From Nitrospirota bacterium (GTDB lineage: Bacteria; Nitrospirota; UBA9217), in contig CAVVUN010000009.1 of assembly GCA_963751455.1 (NCBI GenBank), forward strand, positions 128,001 to 192,000: 64,000 nt of DNA, in the 5' to 3' direction. Every line of letters starts with the position of its first letter. Within the stretch, counting starts at the first letter, position 1. This document shows, piece after piece, positions 59,411 through 64,000 of the stretch. Position numbers and translations under genes: made by a program. The notes under the pieces are model-generated. The model was not told the origin of the DNA. It ran no database searches and was given only the letters and a program-made list of their open reading frames with translations.

Positions 59411-59751
59411 TGAGCGTTAAAACCCAAAGAAATAATTTCAGAAAAGGCGCAGCAGCCGCGCAAAGACTGAATAATAATCAACGTCAAATCGCTTTGTTCG
59501 TGCCCTTGCCTGCACACGGCGATTACGGGTCAGCACCCAGCGGTGATGAGCCTCCGGCCAGCGGTTACGAGGCCCTTGATTCCCGTCGCACGTTTCTCAG
59601 TGCGATGGTCGACAAAGGGTCTAAGGATTGCGCAGCGTGAATGCAGGCTGTGCGAGGCCGTAAATGTGCGAGTGAGATCTATCTTCGTGGAAAAATTGGC
59701 TTTGGCCCCCGTTTTGAAAAAGGCTTATCCGGGCCAGTTGAGAGGTATTGA

Positions 59752-61098
59752 GTGTTCAAAAAAATCTTAATTGCGAACCGCGGTGAGATCGCGCTTCGCA
59801 TCATACGCGCCTGCAAAGAGATGGGTATTAAGACCGTTGCAGTGCATTCAAGCGCGGACGCCGACTCTCTCCATGTCCGGTTTGCGGACGAGAGCGTCTG
59901 CATAGGCCCCGCGAAAAGCGCCGACAGTTATCTGCATGTGCCGAGCATCATAAGCGCGGCGGAGATTACCGATACCGAGGCGATCCATCCGGGTTACGGT
60001 TTTCTTGCGGAGAATTCCAGTTTCGCGGAAATCTGCAATTCAACGGGCATACGCTTCATAGGACCGAGCCCCGAGAGCATAAAGCTGATGGGCGACAAAG
60101 CCAGGGCCCGGGAGACGGCCCAGAAAGCGGGCGTGCCGGTGCTGCCGGGCAGCAACGGGGTCGTGACCGAGGAAAGCAGCGCCATAGAAATAGCGCGGGA
60201 ACTCGGGTTCCCGGTGATCGTGAAGGCGGCAGCGGGCGGCGGCGGCAAGGGCATGCGCGTCGTGATGGAAGAGGCCGGTTTTGCCAATGCGTTTGTTATG
60301 GCGCAGGCTGAGGCGCTTGCAGCATTCAGCAACGCAGACGTCTATATCGAGAAATATATTCTGCAGCCGCGCCATATCGAGATCCAGATTATGGCGGACG
60401 AAAAAGGGGAAACGGTATACTTCGGCGAGCGCGAGTGTTCGATTCAGCGAAGACACCAGAAACTGATTGAGGAAGCGCCCTCAACCGTAATGGACGACGG
60501 ACTGAGGAAGCAGATGGGCGAGATGGCGGTTGCTATTGCGAAGAGCGTCAGGTACCGCAACGCCGGGACGATCGAGTTTCTCATGGACGAAAACCGCAAA
60601 TTCTTTTTCATGGAAATGAACACCCGAATTCAGGTCGAGCATCCAGTAACCGAAATGGTGACCGGCCGGGACCTCGTGAAGGAACAGATCAGGGTGGCGG
60701 CGGGGCTGCCGCTTTCTTTTACCCAGCAAGACATTAAGATTAAAGGGCACAGCATCGAATGCAGAATAAATGCGGAATGCCCCCAGAAATTTACGCCGTC
60801 GCCGGGAACAATAACGGCTTTTAATGCCCCAGGAGGGCCCGGAGTACGGGTCGAGACCACCGCGTATACCCAGTATGTGATCCCGCCTTATTACGATTCG
60901 ATGATCGCAAAACTGATTGTTCATGCGGATACCAGGGACGAAGCGATCATGAGAATGCGGCGGGCGCTTGATGAGTTTATCATAGAGGGCGTGAAGACCT
61001 CTATCCCGCTGCATAAGAAGATACTCGAAGACCCGGATTTCCAATCAGGAAATATTTCCACGAAATTCATGGAGCGCTATAATATCCCTGTCAAGTAA
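59752..61098 (+). CDS. accC: Biotin carboxylase
   Basis: [24 protein letters not shown] and [14 protein letters not shown] motifs. Confidence 0.97.
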   Translation: MFKKILIANRGEIALRIIRACKEMGIKTVAVHSSADADSLHVRFADESVCIGPAKSADSYLHVPSIISAAEITDTEAIHPGYGFLAENSSFAEICNSTGIRFIGPSPESIKLMGDKARARETAQKAGVPVLPGSNGVVTEESSAIEIARELGFPVIVKAAAGGGGKGMRVVMEEAGFANAFVMAQAEALAAFSNADVYIEKYILQPRHIEIQIMADEKGETVYFGERECSIQRRHQKLIEEAPSTVMDDGLRKQMGEMAVAIAKSVRYRNAGTIEFLMDENRKFFFMEMNTRIQVEHPVTEMVTGRDLVKEQIRVAAGLPLSFTQQDIKIKGHSIECRINAECPQKFTPSPGTITAFNAPGGPGVRVETTAYTQYVIPPYYDSMIAKLIVHADTRDEAIMRMRRALDEFIIEGVKTSIPLHKKILEDPDFQSGNISTKFMERYNIPVK

Positions 61099-61726
61099 TG
61101 TCAAAGGGCTTTGTCTTATAATAGACCAGGACCTGCTCCGCACCGACGCTGCCGACGCCATGAGTCAGGCGCTTGCTGCGGGCGTCAAATTCTTCCAGTA
61201 CAGGAGCAAAAGCAGTCCACGCTCGGCTACCTTTCACACCAGCCTGCGACTTGCGTCCCTGGCCCGTAACGCGGGAGCCCTTTTCCTTGTGAACGACCAT
61301 GCGGACATAGCGGCCGCAGTAGATGCCGACGGTGTGCATCTCGGGCAGGATGATATGCCGTTGGAATATGCCAGGAAACTGCTGGGGTGGAAGAAAATCA
61401 TCGGTCTCTCCACCCATGACGCGGATCAGGCCCGCCAGGCTGAAAAAGCGGGGGCCGATTACATAGGGTTCGGCCCGGTTTTTAAAACGGGAACTAAGGA
61501 CGCCGGCCCCGTGCAGGGAATTGCGCGGCTGGCCCACATAAGAAAGACCGTGTCGGTTCCCGTTGTCGCGATCGGCGGGATTTGCCAGAACAATGTCAGA
61601 GACGCATTGAATGCGGGGGCCGACGGTGTGGCGGTGATATCCGCGATTTTGTCGACGCCCGATATCCGGCTTGCAGCTGCAAAGATGATAAAAATTATAA
61701 AATCGGGAAGCGAGGAGGGATCATGA
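61082..61726 (+). CDS. thiE: Thiamine-phosphate synthase (start probably upstream of ATG 61160, non-canonical)
   Basis: [25 protein letters not shown] and AIGGI motifs; in-frame GLCLIID lies upstream of the first ATG. Confidence 0.88.
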   Translation: MSLSSNVKGLCLIIDQDLLRTDAADAMSQALAAGVKFFQYRSKSSPRSATFHTSLRLASLARNAGALFLVNDHADIAAAVDADGVHLGQDDMPLEYARKLLGWKKIIGLSTHDADQARQAEKAGADYIGFGPVFKTGTKDAGPVQGIARLAHIRKTVSVPVVAIGGICQNNVRDALNAGADGVAVISAILSTPDIRLAAAKMIKIIKSGSEEGS

Positions 61727-62829
61727 GCGGATTCGTCAAGCTTGTTGTAACACTGTCTCTTGCGGCAGTGTTTGCGCAGGGCTGCACTCAGAAGGATGAT
61801 ACGGTCAATATCGGGGCAGCCGGGCCAATGACCGGAGACCAGAGCAAGATGGGTATCGACCTGAGAAACGCAACGGAGCTTGCCGTGACTGAATGGAACG
61901 AGAAAGGCGGGGTGATCGGTAAAAAGATCCTTATGCTTGCAGGGGACGATCAGGCGGACCCCAAACAGGCTGTTTCAATGGCGAATAAGTTTATAAATCA
62001 GAAAGCCGTTGCCGTTGTAGGGCACTGGAATTCGAGCTGTTCTATCCCGGCTTCAAAATATTATAATGATGCCGGTGTTGTAATGATCTCTCCGGCCACG
62101 ACGAACCCGCAGTTGACGCTCCAGGGATTTAAACAGGTTTTCAGAGTCTGCGGAACGGATGACCAGCAGGGCAAGGTTGCGGCCGAATTCGTCCTGAAAA
62201 CCGTCAAGCCCAAGCGAATAGCAGTGATCCATGATAAGACGGCATATGGCCAGGGACTTGCGGATTATTTCAAAAAGGCGCTGGGTGACAATGTACAGAT
62301 CTCGTATTATGGGGGCATCATCCAGAGGGATCCCGATTATCGGGCGGTATTGACGAGCATTAAACAGACAAAAGCCGAGCTCTTTTTCTTCGGCGGCATC
62401 TATCCCGAGGCCGGCAGACTCGTGAGACAGGCTAAGGAAGTCGGATTGAACATCCCTATGGTTACCGGCGACGGAGTGTATGACCCAACCTTCATCAACA
62501 TCGCAGGCAACGCCGCGGAAGGGACGTACGTGACCTTCGGGAAGGAGCCGGCTGGGCTGACGTCGGCCAGGACGTTTATGGAACACTACAAGGCGCGGTA
62601 CGGCGAGCCGGGTCCGTATTCTATTTACGCATATGATGCGGCAAACATTATTCTGACCGCAATTGCCCAAACGGGTTCGACCGATGGCGCCCGAGTTGCC
62701 GAATATATATCTAAAACGACATTTCACGGAGCCTTCGGAGACGTCTCCTTCGACAGGAACGGCGACGTAACAAAAGCGCCGTATGTTATTTGGCAGGTCA
62801 AAGGCGGGAAGTTTGTGGAGGTGCAGTAA
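61723..62829 (+). CDS. Branched-chain amino acid ABC transporter substrate-binding lipoprotein (LivK/LivJ-like)
   Basis: Lipobox FAQGC; GPMTG, DDQADP and DKTAYGQGLA motifs; ATGA overlap with thiE. Confidence 0.93.
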   Translation: MSGFVKLVVTLSLAAVFAQGCTQKDDTVNIGAAGPMTGDQSKMGIDLRNATELAVTEWNEKGGVIGKKILMLAGDDQADPKQAVSMANKFINQKAVAVVGHWNSSCSIPASKYYNDAGVVMISPATTNPQLTLQGFKQVFRVCGTDDQQGKVAAEFVLKTVKPKRIAVIHDKTAYGQGLADYFKKALGDNVQISYYGGIIQRDPDYRAVLTSIKQTKAELFFFGGIYPEAGRLVRQAKEVGLNIPMVTGDGVYDPTFINIAGNAAEGTYVTFGKEPAGLTSARTFMEHYKARYGEPGPYSIYAYDAANIILTAIAQTGSTDGARVAEYISKTTFHGAFGDVSFDRNGDVTKAPYVIWQVKGGKFVEVQ

Positions 62830-62832
62830 GGT

Positions 62833-62920
62833 TTAGCCGCAGATTACACCGATTCCACAGATTAAAATTAAATACAAAAACTCTAACTCTATATTTTCAA
62901 TCTGCGAAATCTGCGGATAG
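62833..62920. repeat. Free-standing CCGCAGAT...ATCTGCGG palindromic element
   Basis: Same arm family as the cargo of MITE A, but without TIRs. Confidence 0.7.
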
Positions 62921-62935
62921 AATCTGACTCCTAAA

Positions 62936-63838
62936 ATGTTTACCCAACAGCTCATAAACGGCCTGGCACTCGGAGCGGTGTACGCGCTGATCGCGCTGGG
63001 CTATACGATGGTTTACGGCATCCTTAAGCTGATCAACTTTGCGCACGGAGAGGTGTATATGCTGGGCGCATATCTCGGCATCATCGTCCTCGGCGTGCTG
63101 ACGGAACTCGGACTTACGGCGTACAGCCTTACGCTGGCCATTCTGCTCACGATGCTGATCTCCATGGTATTTTGCGCATTGTACGGCGCTGCCATAGAAC
63201 GTGTTGCTTATCGTCCCCTTAGAAATGCGGTCAAACTTGCGCCTCTGATCAGCGCCGTAGGCATGTCGATCATCCTTCAGAATTTCGTTATGCTTTCCCA
63301 GGGTAAGGAATACAAGAACCTTCCGCCTCTTCTCCCGTCGAAGGGACTGTCGCTGTTCGGCGCAAATGTTTCCCCTGTCCAGCTGTTCATCCTAGCGGGA
63401 TCGTTCCTGATCATGGTCCTTCTTCATCTTTATGTATCAAAAACGAGGATGGGGAAGGCGATGCGCGCGACATCCCAGGATCGTGTGATGGCCGGGCTCG
63501 TCGGCATCAATATCAACCAGGTTATATCGGTTACGTTCATGATAGGTTCGTCGCTTGCCGCAGTCGCGGGTATTATGGTTACGCTCTATTACGGCGTTGT
63601 CCATTTTTTCATGGGATACCTCGCAGGCATCAAGGCCTTTACCGCAGCGGTGCTCGGAGGCATCGGCAGCATCCCGGGCGCCATGCTCGGCGGCTTCATG
63701 CTCGGGCTGATTGAAAATTTCGGCGCGAGCTACATATCGAGCGTCTATAAAGACGCTTTTGCTTTCGTGGTTCTCATCATTACCCTGATCATTCGTCCAG
63801 CCGGCCTGCTCGGCGATAAGGCGATGGATAAGGTTTGA
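62936..63838 (+). CDS. livH: Branched-chain amino acid ABC transporter permease
   Basis: YALIALGYTMVYG..INFAHG, GKAMRA and AAVLGGIGS motifs. Confidence 0.93.
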   Translation: MFTQQLINGLALGAVYALIALGYTMVYGILKLINFAHGEVYMLGAYLGIIVLGVLTELGLTAYSLTLAILLTMLISMVFCALYGAAIERVAYRPLRNAVKLAPLISAVGMSIILQNFVMLSQGKEYKNLPPLLPSKGLSLFGANVSPVQLFILAGSFLIMVLLHLYVSKTRMGKAMRATSQDRVMAGLVGININQVISVTFMIGSSLAAVAGIMVTLYYGVVHFFMGYLAGIKAFTAAVLGGIGSIPGAMLGGFMLGLIENFGASYISSVYKDAFAFVVLIITLIIRPAGLLGDKAMDKV

Positions 63839-63842
63839 ATAA

Positions 63843-63971
63843 AAAATCCAAATTACAAATCTCAAATCACAAATAAGCTCTAAACTGCTAATTCCAATTT
63901 CCAAAACGTTTGGTGCTTCGTGCTTGCTGCTTGGACTTTATTTGTTATTTGATGCTTGAAATTCGGGATTT
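63843..63971. repeat. Palindromic 7-nt-unit array
   Basis: AATCCAA ATTACAA ATCTCAA ATCACAA ... TTTGATG CTTGAAA TTCGGGA. Confidence 0.65.
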
Positions 63972-63986
63972 AACGAAGGAGTCCTC

Positions 63987-64000
63987 ATGTCTGATATCAA
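63987..64000 (+). CDS. Start of next gene (livM expected from context), truncated by the window
   Basis: AAGGAG then ATG at 63987; identity inferred from context only. Confidence 0.4.

Noticed and set aside
59540-59580. Hammerhead-like TGATGAG followed by a stem
   Set aside because: Lacks the CUGAUGA core C and the GAAA after stem II.
46707-63904. Many long antisense or overlapping ORFs across housekeeping genes
   Set aside because: Expected shadows of GC-rich coding sequence; no RBS or motifs.

Overview
Bacterial chromosomal window. The gene order lepA-lepB-yicC-remA-gmk-rpoZ-coaBC-TPR-roadblock-aroQ-M24-efp-accB-accC-thiE-liv suggests Nitrospirota or a deltaproteobacterium (inference only). 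The last ~18 kb are housekeeping genes. The first 46 kb are mostly accessory. They hold tldD-mog behind a structured leader RNA, a ~3,760-aa multi-propeller secreted protein, and a tandem-GAF gene leading a four-subunit group 3b [NiFe]-hydrogenase operon that is split by a four-layer nest of palindromic elements, MITEs and an IS481. They also hold an integrase-less integron cassette array (six attC-like sites, 26967-36268) with HEPN-like and restriction-fold genes, into which an inverted-repeat-flanked Y1 (HUH) transposase and a two-ORF IS66 are inserted, plus a YeeE/YedE pair and several decaying genes. Intergenic space contains several MITE and REP-like families, including four copies of a 166-168 bp MITE with 8-bp target duplications. 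I recognised no tRNA, rRNA or CRISPR array. All family assignments come from reading motifs by eye, not from database searches.
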